From assembly GCA_002269645.1 (NCBI GenBank), contig NIVC01000199.1:682001-746000 (forward strand): a DNA stretch of 64,000 bases, given 5' to 3'. This document shows, piece after piece, positions 43,390-53,299 of this stretch. This stretch comes from Macrostomum lignano. Taxonomy: Eukaryota. The first letter of the stretch is position 1, and every line of letters starts with the position of its first letter. The notes beneath the pieces were generated by a model that saw nothing but the letters and a program-made list of their open reading frames with translations, made no database searches and was not told the DNA's origin. Made by a program: the position numbers and the translations under genes.

Positions 43390-46300
43390 TTAAGTTTCTC
43401 CAGCTCCACATGACTGCGTCAAAGCGAACATTGGAGCCTGCGCAATGAGCAGCTCAACGGCGTCCTCGCGCCCCAGTTCCCGCAGCACGTCAACCAGAGC
43501 TCCGACGTTGGTGCCGCCCGGCCCGCCGACTCGTCGCCACTCGTCCAGCAGGACAGCCGTGCGGCTGCGCAGCCACTCGTTGCCGCTGTGCACCGCGGGC
43601 ACGGAGTGGGTCAGGCCGAGCCGCACTGCCAGCAAGCACCAGTCCTTGCCGAGCGGATCCGGCGGGTCAAACATGCGACAGAGACGCTGCAGAGTCGGGG
43701 CTCTAAGCGACGACAGTGGAAGCTGTGGGCCCAGGGTTAGATGCGACAGTAGCTCTCGGCTGCCAAAGCAGATCAGGTTTTCCAGGTCCTCTTCTTCTTC
43801 CTCCTCGTCTTGTGTCTCATTGCACGTTGAACCGCTGGCGGGAAACGCGATCGGGATAGTTGGCGGCGGAAAGCTGGTCAAGCTTCCCGACTCACTGGAC
43901 TCCCCTATTGTGCTTTGGTGCTTCTGCATTGCTCGAAATACGGCACTCTGCGGCACGGCAAGTATAAGTCTCCTTGGAAACTGACGCAGCTCTTTCGGGC
44001 TGAGCAAAGACAGATCGAACTCTAGGCCGGGGCACATGTCGTCAATTGTCTGCTCCAACAGGCCGGCGATGTCTTGGCAGATACCAAACAGAAGCTGGGC
44101 CCGGGCCGGCGGACCCCTGGCTCGAAGTCGGATCAGCTGATCCGATTCTTCGAGTTGCAGCATGCACTCGACGCAGCCTTCCAGAGACAGTTTTGAGCCG
44201 TGGAACCATTGGAAGAGATCGATGCGCAGCGGCTCTAAAGGCGGTGGTCTGCAGGCGGCTGCTTGAATACTCCGACGCAGACGGCACTGAACTCGAGGGA
44301 AAATATGCACTAGCTGGGAGGCGGCCATCGATGCCTTCAGTTGCCAGCCGCCATACACTGAGTTCTCGTGCTGAGCTGTCGGCTCCCACGGACTTCGGCC
44401 GCTCTCCAAGAAGTTCAAACAGGGAAACTCGTACTGAACATCTTCGTCACCGTCAGAATCTTCGGCGCCACCATCGAGGTCAGCTCGAGTGCAGAGATCC
44501 AGTGCAGACAGCAGTCGGACCAGCTGATCAGCGGCAGTTTCGCCCGTCATGAACTGAACGTCATTCACTGAGAATGTACCTGTGACGCGAGCCTGCGCAA
44601 TGTTGTCATACGACAAAAGATAGCCTAGTACATCGGAACAGAGCCACTGCGGACTGAGCACAATCATGTCCTGCTCTACTTCTGATTCTAGGTAGACGAC
44701 ATCGCCGGTGTATTGCAGCTCCTGGATGAGATCTTTCAGATGATCATCTGAGCATAATGGGTTGACTTTGCCCCGTACGGCTTCAATAAACTGCCGCCAG
44801 GTGAAAACTGGGAATTCTGTGGCTCCAGCCCATTCTGGTAGTCGGCTCGCCACAGTGTCGAGAAGACCATTGCCTCGAGGCAGGTGCCGCAAAATTTCCG
44901 TTCGCCAATCAGCCAGTCTCTGTCGAAGCGACTTCATTTCAGCAGACATTGCCTCGCTGGTGTCAACCGCGAAGACCTCGTGGCAAACTTCGAGCCTGTA
45001 CTGAGCCAATTCCTGCACCTCGCCAAGCAATCGGTCAGCGTCCGCACTCTCAAGGAGACCACGCGGTCCGTCGCCACGAAAGACAGTCGCCGCATCTGCG
45101 TGCGTTCCAATTAGCAGCACTCGGGCGAGGGTCTTTGGCTTGCCGCAGTATCCTAGAGGTTCCCTTGGTGGCAATCGGGCCAGCAAAAAGTGCAGCCAGA
45201 ACAGGACCCTCTGACGCATCGTCTCGTAGCATTCCGCTAAGCTGAACAGAATGGCGTGTACGCACGAAGTGTCGCCAATAAAATGATCGTAAAACACATA
45301 GTAGGGCTCGTAACCAGAGAATTCCCACACGCTGAAGTCCCCAGCGCCAGTAATGTTCAAGTTTTGCACAGCTATGCCGCGTGTGTAGGCCTCATGTTGG
45401 GCGTCAAAGCTAATTTCTGATGGTGCAGAGGACCGCTGCAACAGCGAGACGCACTGCCGTCGGTCCAACTCGTCGTCACAGTCGCCAACAATTACTTGAC
45501 CAGTGGAGGCGCCGCTTCCCCCACCGCCGCCGCTGCCGCCGGCAAGAAACGTCCGACGCAAAAAGCCGGTGATTCGGTTCGAGCGCAAACTGTCAATTAG
45601 AGCAGTCTTTCCGCTGCCGCTGTGACCGAACACCTTCAGCTTGAATTTGGGCAGGCTGCGCTGAGTAGGCACCAGCTGTTCAACGCAGACCGCTCGTCGC
45701 TCAGGTCGCATCCGGCCCAGTAAACTGGCCGTCATTGTGTGACCCTGCGCGAGTGACATAACCTCGGGTAGAAGGCCCTCTTGACTCGCAAGCTGCGGAT
45801 TAGCGCCGGCGAGAAGAAGACAGCGAACAACTTCAAGATGACCAGCTCTGGCCGTTTGATGCAGCGGCGTGAGTCCGTGGACGTTGACAGCGTCAACTCG
45901 ACAACCGTAGGCACACAGCGCTTGGACAACTGGCAGCTGCCCTAAACGACTCGCTGCATGCAATGGAGAGTCGCGTTCCGATGAGTCGAGCTGATCAAGC
46001 GGTGCTCCAGCGCTTATTAGTAGCATAGCCATAGCCTGGTGCTGCCGTTGAATAGCATGCCGTAGCGGACCCCAGCCCTCGCTGTCCGGAATATCCGGTC
46101 GAGCCCCGGCACGAAGGAGGACGCGCGCGACTTCGATGCCTAAGGATTCGCTGACGATCTCGGACGCCGCTATCACTAGCGGCGTGCGCTGGTGCCGCCT
46201 GTCGCGCGAATTCGGACTGGCGCGTCGACTGCCGAGTAGAAGTAGGCGCAGAATGGTCAGGTGACCCCCGCGACAGGCCAGGTGTAGCGGCGTCTCACCA

Positions 46301-46731
46301 GCTCGATTCTGGCCCTCCGGGCACACCGATCTATCCAGGAAAAAAGCCGCCTCCTCGTCGTTGCCGACGCGGCTAGCCAGGTGAAGACCATTTTCGCAAT
46401 CGGTGTTTAACTGGTGCAGATCGGCGCCTCGCTGCTCCAACACCATCAGAGCCTCGACGGAACCACTATCCGCAGCAACGTGCGCGACCGTTCGACCACT
46501 GCTGTCGCGACAGTTCAGGTCGACAGTAGGCGGCAGGGTCAGCAATGCGTCGCGAACTTGGCTGGGGTCGCCGCTTGCGGCAGCTTCAAACAGACCGGCT
46601 AGCGGGAAGGACGCATCACTGCTGCCTGTCGCTTCGCCTTCGCCGGTATTCAAAGAAGCGTCGTTGGCATCGTTCGCCAAGGAGTTGACGCCGTCCGCAA
46701 TGCTTGAGCCGTCAATTTCTAGTAGACTCAT
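43390..46731 (-). CDS. DAPK-type ROCO protein: about 8 ankyrin repeats, ROC GTPase, COR and death domain; intronless; no kinase domain visible
   Basis: P-loop GHSGSGKT, WEFSGYEPY, GTHAD, LSPQWLC, VHIFPRVQ, and death domain DPLGKDWCLLAVRLGL...LRELGREDAV. Confidence 0.9.
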   Translation of the reverse strand: MSLLEIDGSSIADGVNSLANDANDASLNTGEGEATGSSDASFPLAGLFEAAASGDPSQVRDALLTLPPTVDLNCRDSSGRTVAHVAADSGSVEALMVLEQRGADLHQLNTDCENGLHLASRVGNDEEAAFFLDRSVCPEGQNRAGETPLHLACRGGHLTILRLLLLGSRRASPNSRDRRHQRTPLVIAASEIVSESLGIEVARVLLRAGARPDIPDSEGWGPLRHAIQRQHQAMAMLLISAGAPLDQLDSSERDSPLHAASRLGQLPVVQALCAYGCRVDAVNVHGLTPLHQTARAGHLEVVRCLLLAGANPQLASQEGLLPEVMSLAQGHTMTASLLGRMRPERRAVCVEQLVPTQRSLPKFKLKVFGHSGSGKTALIDSLRSNRITGFLRRTFLAGGSGGGGGSGASTGQVIVGDCDDELDRRQCVSLLQRSSAPSEISFDAQHEAYTRGIAVQNLNITGAGDFSVWEFSGYEPYYVFYDHFIGDTSCVHAILFSLAECYETMRQRVLFWLHFLLARLPPREPLGYCGKPKTLARVLLIGTHADAATVFRGDGPRGLLESADADRLLGEVQELAQYRLEVCHEVFAVDTSEAMSAEMKSLRQRLADWRTEILRHLPRGNGLLDTVASRLPEWAGATEFPVFTWRQFIEAVRGKVNPLCSDDHLKDLIQELQYTGDVVYLESEVEQDMIVLSPQWLCSDVLGYLLSYDNIAQARVTGTFSVNDVQFMTGETAADQLVRLLSALDLCTRADLDGGAEDSDGDEDVQYEFPCLNFLESGRSPWEPTAQHENSVYGGWQLKASMAASQLVHIFPRVQCRLRRSIQAAACRPPPLEPLRIDLFQWFHGSKLSLEGCVECMLQLEESDQLIRLRARGPPARAQLLFGICQDIAGLLEQTIDDMCPGLEFDLSLLSPKELRQFPRRLILAVPQSAVFRAMQKHQSTIGESSESGSLTSFPPPTIPIAFPASGSTCNETQDEEEEEEDLENLICFGSRELLSHLTLGPQLPLSSLRAPTLQRLCRMFDPPDPLGKDWCLLAVRLGLTHSVPAVHSGNEWLRSRTAVLLDEWRRVGGPGGTNVGALVDVLRELGREDAVELLIAQAPMFALTQSCGAGET

Positions 46732-47615
46732 TACTTAGCTCGTAATTTGCATAATTTGAGCAGGCAGCGGTTGTAGTAGTGCGAGTCGCGCTAAGTGTCA
46801 GTTGATTAGAATTTCTATAGCTGCTTCAATTTGATCAGGCCTCGGACCGAAAGCTGATTTGTTCGATCTTATTACATTGCCATCGGCGATTGGGCTGGGG
46901 CGGGGTTCGGGGTCAGACAGCTTCTAGTTCCAGCAGCGGGATCCGGGGTTGTTCGGGATAATATATGCAGTGTGTGTGGCAAATGCTGGGGCTTTGCTGG
47001 GAACGGAAGGATGGCATTGGGAAGGATTGGGGCGCGCCACCGCGATAGAGAGAGAGAGAGAGAGAGAGAGAAGATGAGGAGAGAGGCGGGAGGGGGCGGC
47101 TGCATTTTCAGTGGGTGGAAAAACGAATGCGCAGAGCTGACTGCAGGCACTGCGCGAGACTTGCGGCCATGAGCGATGGGACAGAGAAAAAAGAGAAGCA
47201 GAGAGAGATCGTTGGATGGGGGAGAGAAGGGAGACTCCGAGACAGCCGACAGACGGTTTATCTGAGCGGAGGAGAGGGGGGCGGCCGCGGATTGTTAGGG
47301 CAGGCAGGCATTGCGTGTAGCAATAGCAACGCGACTGGGAAGAGACGAAGGTAAAGTCCTCTCTGAGTGGCCGTAGGGACGACTGCTCGAGACCTCGTCA
47401 GAGGGTTGGAGGGCCCGGTTGCGCAAATTCCTCGGACATGAGTTCCTGCGAGGAAGGAATTAGGAATAGTGAGAGAGTCGGAAAAAAACAGAGCTTTAGA
47501 GAGGGTTGAGGGAGAAGTCTCAAAATGGGTCCTCGGAGGCCCAGTGCAGAGGGGGCATTTGAGCGCTTGATGAGTGCGTTAAGTTCGAACGGCAGTGCTG
47601 CTGATGCTGCTGTTG

Positions 47616-50600
47616 TTGTTGTTGTTGTTGATGCCAACTACACTGCTACCCCGTCCTGTCAATTTTCGTCCTCAACACTGGCTCCCCACTGCGGGAGGCT
47701 TCTCCACCATTCCCAGTAACTCCGGGCTTCCTCCGGTTGCTCGCAAACCGCCTGCATGCCTTCACAGCACCACATCCTCCTTCTGCCATCCGTCGCCGGG
47801 CAGTCCCAGATGTGCTCCATCGTCTCATCTTCCATGCCGCAACCCCTGCACCGTCCTTCCTCTTGCAGTCCAATTCTTCTCCTGTAGGCAGCCAGCTCAA
47901 TCGAGTGTCCCGTGCGCATTCTTCTGTAGCTCACCTCATCCTCTCTGCAGTTGAACCCCGGGTCTCTCTTCCTGCCTTTCGTGCTTGCATACACCCTCCT
48001 CATTCTCTCATGCCTCCACTCACAAATCTGTCTCCCGATCCGCCTCGCCCTCTTCGCGACCGTGCTGCCTAGCACCTTCACTTCGTCTTGCCTCAACTCG
48101 TTAACCGCCTCTCCCGCCACCTTATCTGCCTCCTCATTCCCTCTGATCCCGCAGTGGCTGGGGATCCAGAGCAAAGTCACCCGCTTTTCATTCTGGTCCA
48201 GCTTACCGAGCTCCGACCTAATAAGCCTGGCCAGCGGATTCTTTCCCTGCCTGTTGATGGTTTGGAGGCCGCTCTTACTGTCTGTGCACACCACCGCTTT
48301 ACTCCAGTTGTCTTGCTCAGCAGCAAGCCATCTAGTCGCTTCCCAGATTGCATACAGCTCCGCTTGTGTCGACGACGCGACTCTTCCTCCTGCGATCTTT
48401 TTGGATGCTAACGTCTGCTCCAAGTCGCCACTCAGCACCACCATACCGCCGCCTCCGGCTCCCTTGCTGTTAACCGATCCATCCGTGAAGATAACTGCAT
48501 CCGCCCCTTCGCTAGCTTCCTTGATGCGTTCCATACCCATCGCTTTACATTCCTCCTCAACGTCCGTTCGTCTGCCTTCCGCAATGATCGAAACGCCTCT
48601 CCATTCCACACCTGGCCTCTCCGGGTCCTCTTCCTCAAACCTTGCCACCTCCAGATGCCATTCCTTCAGCAGCTTCCACGCCCATCTGCTCCAACTCCTC
48701 CTGCTGAGCCTGCCAGCTCCCTTTTCTTCCGCAAGCCTCCTCCTGATCGATCCCTCTTTACATCTGAGCAGCTTGTCCAGCCTCTGCACCGCCCTCCCAC
48801 TGGCCTTACCGCGCAGTTCCTCGGTTCCGCTCTCCTCCCTCACCCCTTCGATCGGCGTCGTCGCTAGCAGCCCTCCAATAACTCTCGTCGCTCTCCTCTG
48901 TAGCACTTCTAGCTTCGCCCAGCTCCTATCGCTGAGCCACGGCATCCAGGCCGTAGATCCGTACAGGATTTTTCCCTCAATCATCGCCGTGTACGTCTGC
49001 CTTAGGAGTTTGCTATGCCAGCCCCAGTCGCTGCCCGCCAGCTTTCTGATCATCTGGATGCGTCCCTTGCCGGCCTTGCATATCTCCTGCACGTGCTTGG
49101 TGAAGCTCAGTCTACTGTCGTAGGTAATGCCCAAGAATTTGGGGTTCGCTTCCCATCGCAGCTGCATACCTCTTAGGCCAACCATCACCTCCCTAGGAAC
49201 TTTCTTTCTCCCGCTGATGCTGAACAGCGTCAAGGTGCATTTGCTGGGCGCCACCGGCAGCAGCCATTTTTTGCTCCATTCATCAACGAGTTCCATCACC
49301 CCCTTAATTCTCTCCGCCGCTCTTTCGCTATCCTTGTCACACGTCCAGGCCGCCAGGTCGTCAGCAAACCCGCTCACTTCAACTCCTTCCAAATTGCCAA
49401 TCATTTCCAGCAGGTCGTCTATAAAAATGATAAACAGGACCGGTGACAGCACGGAGCCTTGGGGCAGGCCCTGCTTCATGCACACCGCTGTGCTGTCCCT
49501 GTCCTGGTAGCGGACAACGGCAAGTCGGTTAGCCAGCCAGCTTCTTATCCATCTCACCAACTTCTTGCTCAGCCCTTTCTGCAGCGACTTCCACAGCAGC
49601 CCGTGCCTCCATACCTTATCGAATGCTCTCTCAAAGTCCACCAGGGCTAGCACTCCGCACTTCCCTTCCTGAAAGGCATCCTCCATCGCCTGGGAGAGCC
49701 TAAGCAGTTGGTCCTCCGTGGATCTCCCTGCACGGAATCCTGCTTGGTTGTCGCTGAGACAGCCCTTACTCTCCAGGTGGTATTGCATTCTGTTGGCAAG
49801 GATCCGTTCCATCCATTTCCCAATGCAGGACGTGAGACATACCGGCCTATACGATCCAACTTCCGCTGCATCCTTTCCTGGCTTGAGCAGCGGGATGATG
49901 CGTCCCGTTCTCCAGTTCTGTGGGACTTCCGAACTACTGAACGACCAGCTGAAGAGCTCGTGGAATACCTCAACCATGCAGTCCGGTAGTTCCTTCAGCA
50001 GCTTAGGGTGCACTTTGTCCGGGCCGGCCGCTTTGTTGCCATCCATTTCGTTGAGCGCTTGTCTCGTTTCCGCCATGCTCAGCTCTCTACCCTCACACGT
50101 GTCCGGACCTTCTTCGCTCAATAAGCGGGTCACCTGTCGTTTCGCCCATCCGTGACTTCTGGGCACTTGCACCCGGCTGACCTTGGCGTACTCTTTCGCG
50201 AAGGCTCCCGCTTTGGCACCATTTGACCTGTATTCCTTTCCTCCATGCATTAAGACTTCTCCAGCACCTCCTCCCCCCTTCTTGCCTTTAAGCTGGTTCA
50301 GTACATTCCACATCTTGAGCGACGTCGCGTTAGACTCCAGATGCTGTCTCCACTCCTGCCTCTTCTTGTCCCTGATCAGCTCCTTAGCGTTGCCGTCGAG
50401 CTCCATCCAACGTTCTCCGTTTCCTTCCTCCAAAGCTCTGTCTCTCTCTTCCAGCACATTCCGGACCTCTTCGTCCATCAGATTTCTATTCTTGGTGGTG
50501 ATCACCTTCGTGCCGATGCAGCTCCTAGCCGCCGTTAAAACGACCCGTCTGGCTCCTTCCTCAACTCCAGCGATGCTTCTGCAATTAACTTTTTGCTCCC

Positions 50601-52693
50601 TATACCCAGCCTCCACGCGGTCCCTAAACGCTTCCCAGTCAGCCTTCTTCCAGTTCCAGCGAATCAGCCTCCTGGCCTTTTCTTCGGTCTTGCCACCCCC
50701 TGCTTGCAGCAGTATCGGGAGGTGGTCCGAGCTCAATTTCTGGAGGGTGCTCCAGGACCACTGCTGCTCCTGCGTATTGTGGCAGAAGGTGACATCGGGC
50801 GTCGACCGTATTCCTGTACCTTTGCTCACTCTCGTGGCGCTACCATCATTCAGGCACACTAAGTTTCTGTCGTCCGCCCACTCGGTCAACGTCGAACCTC
50901 TAGTGTCTTCTTCCACTTCACCATCCCAGGCCTCATCATGGGCGTTGAAATCGCCTCCCACTATCCATTTCTCTCCGCTAGGCAGCCTGTTCAGCGATTT
51001 CCTCCATTCGCCATCTTCTCCTGGGGGCATGTAGCAGTTTAGCACATTCAGCTTACTCCCGTCTCCCTTTTGCACCTCCACCGCCATAGACTCGAGCCTT
51101 CCTTCTCCTTGCTCACTCGGTATTTTCAGCTTCTTGAAGCTCCATTCTTCCTTCACTATGATGGCCAGGCCTCCACCTCTCGCCTTCCAACATCCTATTT
51201 CACGGCGCCTGTCACTCCGTTGTAGCGCGTACCCTGGTATACAAGGGTCAGGGTCTTCTGTCCTCAGCTTCGTCTCCTGAATCAACGCAACATCCACGTC
51301 CTCCTCATCCAGTAGCTTGGCCAGCTCAGTACTCTTGGCATGCAGGTGGTCGCAGTTCCACTGAAGGATTTTCCAGCAGGTTTGGTGTCCCTCGGTTGCT
51401 TCACTCCCCTGCCCGCTCATGCCCTCATCTCTCTCAGCCTCTTTCCTGTTCTTAGCCTGCTTGGCCAGGTCAGCGGTGCACTCGTTGCACTTCCATCCTC
51501 CTTTCACCTTCCATTCTTCCAAACGTTTCCTGCTGACTTCACCCACACAGCTCCAGTGCATCCTCTTCGAGCAGATCGCACAGCATGCTCCGACATTTCT
51601 GCGGCAGTAACGGAGGCATTCAGCACAGCGGACAGCCCTTGACTCCATATCTCTCCTTTCGAGCGGCAATGTGCCCTGCACAGAGCATCCTCTGCAGGTC
51701 CAGGCAGCATTCTTTCCAGCTCTCCACCTGCTTAGGCCAGAGCAAGTTCTGTGGGCTCTCCGCTCGCAGAGCGTGCAGGCCACTCCTATAGTGCTCGCTC
51801 TCATCTTTTTGTTGCATTCAGTGCATCCAACATGTTCACACTCCGTCACCTCCATCGCCTCCTGCCCTCCGCCCGTCTGGTCGCTTCTTCCGACCTCGAC
51901 ACTTCCGTTGGTCTTCAACTCCGCACTGACAGTGTTTCGGATTTTCCGCTTTTCGACCTCCTCCCACGCCTGAGCAAGCGCTTTGTCGTACGCTCCTCTC
52001 CTATGCTTTTGGTGCCTCAATTCGTAGTTTTCCTCGAATTCCTCCACCAATCTCGTGCTGATCTTAGACGTCCACTCACCATTCCCTAACCATTTAACCT
52101 TCTCGACTTCCTTGCCCTTCCTCTTCTCCAGTTCCACGTCTCCGTCCTTAAGCACCAGCGCCGGCCACCAGGGCCATCCCGTGAGCTTAGCCCAAACCAC
52201 CCTTCCTTCGTCTTCACTTTCACTCGCCTTCCCAGCTTCCGTCCTCTCTCTGCCCTTCACGCCTTCGACGTCCGCAGCCTCGGTTACCGACTTCTCATCC
52301 TCCTCCTCCTTTCTCCTCTCCTCCACTCTGCAACACGGTCCCGTCCAAGCATTGCTAGCATTGGCGCCCTCCATCCTGTAGAAGTGACTCCTGGTGAGGT
52401 CACTGCACTTGAGGTGCATGACTCCCCCACACTCCGCACATCTCGGTCCTCTGCCTCCGGCCATCTTGCTACATACCGCGCATCTTTCCCTCTCATTTTT
52501 ATTCTCCACCGGTCCCGGGTTCACTTCCACGTCCCCGCACCTAATTCTTCTCAAGTCCTCTTCCTTTCTTCTATTCTTGCGACCACTTGTCGGCGTAGTC
52601 TTGTAGGTTGGCATTATGTCCTCTTTCGTTCGGCCTCCGCTGCTAATGAGCGTTTGCCTTAACACAGCACGCCACTTGAAGGCCTGAGGACTG
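47616..52693 (-). mobile_element. Full-length single-ORF non-LTR retrotransposon (Ingi/I-group-like)
   Basis: (CAA)n 3' tail; 17-bp target-site duplication TGCTGATGCTGCTGTTG at 47599-47615 and 52694-52710; uninterrupted ORF. Confidence 0.95.
47659..52614 (-). CDS. LINE polyprotein: 2A peptide, PHD-PWWP-PHD-PHD, APE endonuclease, RT, RNase H, CCHC
   Basis: GDVEVNPGP; VWAKLTGWPWWPA; three C4HC3-like fingers; LIQET/GDFNAH/SDHLPI; QGSVLSP/FADDL; FTDGS/AEL/TDS/HCGIRGNEEAD. The ATG at 52614 is the first start inside the target-site duplication. Confidence 0.95.
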   Translation of the reverse strand: MPTYKTTPTSGRKNRRKEEDLRRIRCGDVEVNPGPVENKNERERCAVCSKMAGGRGPRCAECGGVMHLKCSDLTRSHFYRMEGANASNAWTGPCCRVEERRKEEEDEKSVTEAADVEGVKGRERTEAGKASESEDEGRVVWAKLTGWPWWPALVLKDGDVELEKRKGKEVEKVKWLGNGEWTSKISTRLVEEFEENYELRHQKHRRGAYDKALAQAWEEVEKRKIRNTVSAELKTNGSVEVGRSDQTGGGQEAMEVTECEHVGCTECNKKMRASTIGVACTLCERRAHRTCSGLSRWRAGKNAAWTCRGCSVQGTLPLERRDMESRAVRCAECLRYCRRNVGACCAICSKRMHWSCVGEVSRKRLEEWKVKGGWKCNECTADLAKQAKNRKEAERDEGMSGQGSEATEGHQTCWKILQWNCDHLHAKSTELAKLLDEEDVDVALIQETKLRTEDPDPCIPGYALQRSDRRREIGCWKARGGGLAIIVKEEWSFKKLKIPSEQGEGRLESMAVEVQKGDGSKLNVLNCYMPPGEDGEWRKSLNRLPSGEKWIVGGDFNAHDEAWDGEVEEDTRGSTLTEWADDRNLVCLNDGSATRVSKGTGIRSTPDVTFCHNTQEQQWSWSTLQKLSSDHLPILLQAGGGKTEEKARRLIRWNWKKADWEAFRDRVEAGYREQKVNCRSIAGVEEGARRVVLTAARSCIGTKVITTKNRNLMDEEVRNVLEERDRALEEGNGERWMELDGNAKELIRDKKRQEWRQHLESNATSLKMWNVLNQLKGKKGGGGAGEVLMHGGKEYRSNGAKAGAFAKEYAKVSRVQVPRSHGWAKRQVTRLLSEEGPDTCEGRELSMAETRQALNEMDGNKAAGPDKVHPKLLKELPDCMVEVFHELFSWSFSSSEVPQNWRTGRIIPLLKPGKDAAEVGSYRPVCLTSCIGKWMERILANRMQYHLESKGCLSDNQAGFRAGRSTEDQLLRLSQAMEDAFQEGKCGVLALVDFERAFDKVWRHGLLWKSLQKGLSKKLVRWIRSWLANRLAVVRYQDRDSTAVCMKQGLPQGSVLSPVLFIIFIDDLLEMIGNLEGVEVSGFADDLAAWTCDKDSERAAERIKGVMELVDEWSKKWLLPVAPSKCTLTLFSISGRKKVPREVMVGLRGMQLRWEANPKFLGITYDSRLSFTKHVQEICKAGKGRIQMIRKLAGSDWGWHSKLLRQTYTAMIEGKILYGSTAWMPWLSDRSWAKLEVLQRRATRVIGGLLATTPIEGVREESGTEELRGKASGRAVQRLDKLLRCKEGSIRRRLAEEKGAGRLSRRSWSRWAWKLLKEWHLEVARFEEEDPERPGVEWRGVSIIAEGRRTDVEEECKAMGMERIKEASEGADAVIFTDGSVNSKGAGGGGMVVLSGDLEQTLASKKIAGGRVASSTQAELYAIWEATRWLAAEQDNWSKAVVCTDSKSGLQTINRQGKNPLARLIRSELGKLDQNEKRVTLLWIPSHCGIRGNEEADKVAGEAVNELRQDEVKVLGSTVAKRARRIGRQICEWRHERMRRVYASTKGRKRDPGFNCREDEVSYRRMRTGHSIELAAYRRRIGLQEEGRCRGCGMEDETMEHIWDCPATDGRRRMWCCEGMQAVCEQPEEARSYWEWWRSLPQWGASVEDEN

Positions 52694-52698
52694 TGCTG
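52618..52698 (-). ncRNA. Candidate HDV-like self-cleaving ribozyme at the LINE 5' end
   Basis: P1 CAGCAC/GTGCTG, P2 GTCCTC/GAGGAC, P3 GCC/GGC with 7-nt loop TTCAAGT, P4 hairpin, and J4/2 C-GAAA directly before the 3' strand of P2. Manual fold only. Confidence 0.6.
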
Positions 52699-53299
52699 AT
52701 GCTGCTGTTGGCAGACGAAAAATATGAACGCGCTCACGCGAACAGGGGTGGGAGGGGGGGCAGCGGATCAGCAGGGAGTTGGCTGAGATGCTGAATACAA
52801 ATGCTACATTATGCTAGTACAGTTCTGCTTGTCTCGCAAAGGGCAGAAAATTTCTAATCAGTGAGCCAATCCAACAACACAGACAAATAGGAAAATCTGG
52901 AGTCACGAGAGCAGCAAGCAAGCTATATGATCTAGAGAGAAATTTTACTGCTAGTGCTACGGTGTCTCACTGAAAGGATTTCGCAAGCGCAAACAGCGTC
53001 GCTATCTACTCTGTAAAAATAGTATCGTCTTTCCTTTCTAACCTCAAAGAGAGAGATAAAACCCCGAACTTCAAAAATAAGGATGTCTTGCAGTAAATAT
53101 GCTCTAAACAGCCAGCTAGCCGTCAAGATGCCACGAGTACAGAGGTGGCAAAATGCAACATGGAATACTGACTGCGCTCGAACGTGTGGTCACGTCAGTC
53201 ACCTGCATCCCCAGTGCAGCAGTGAGCGGCCGTGAAGTTCTAAACTAGCAAGCTGGATTGGAAACTCATGACGGACTTGACCATCACCAGGGAGCTTTA

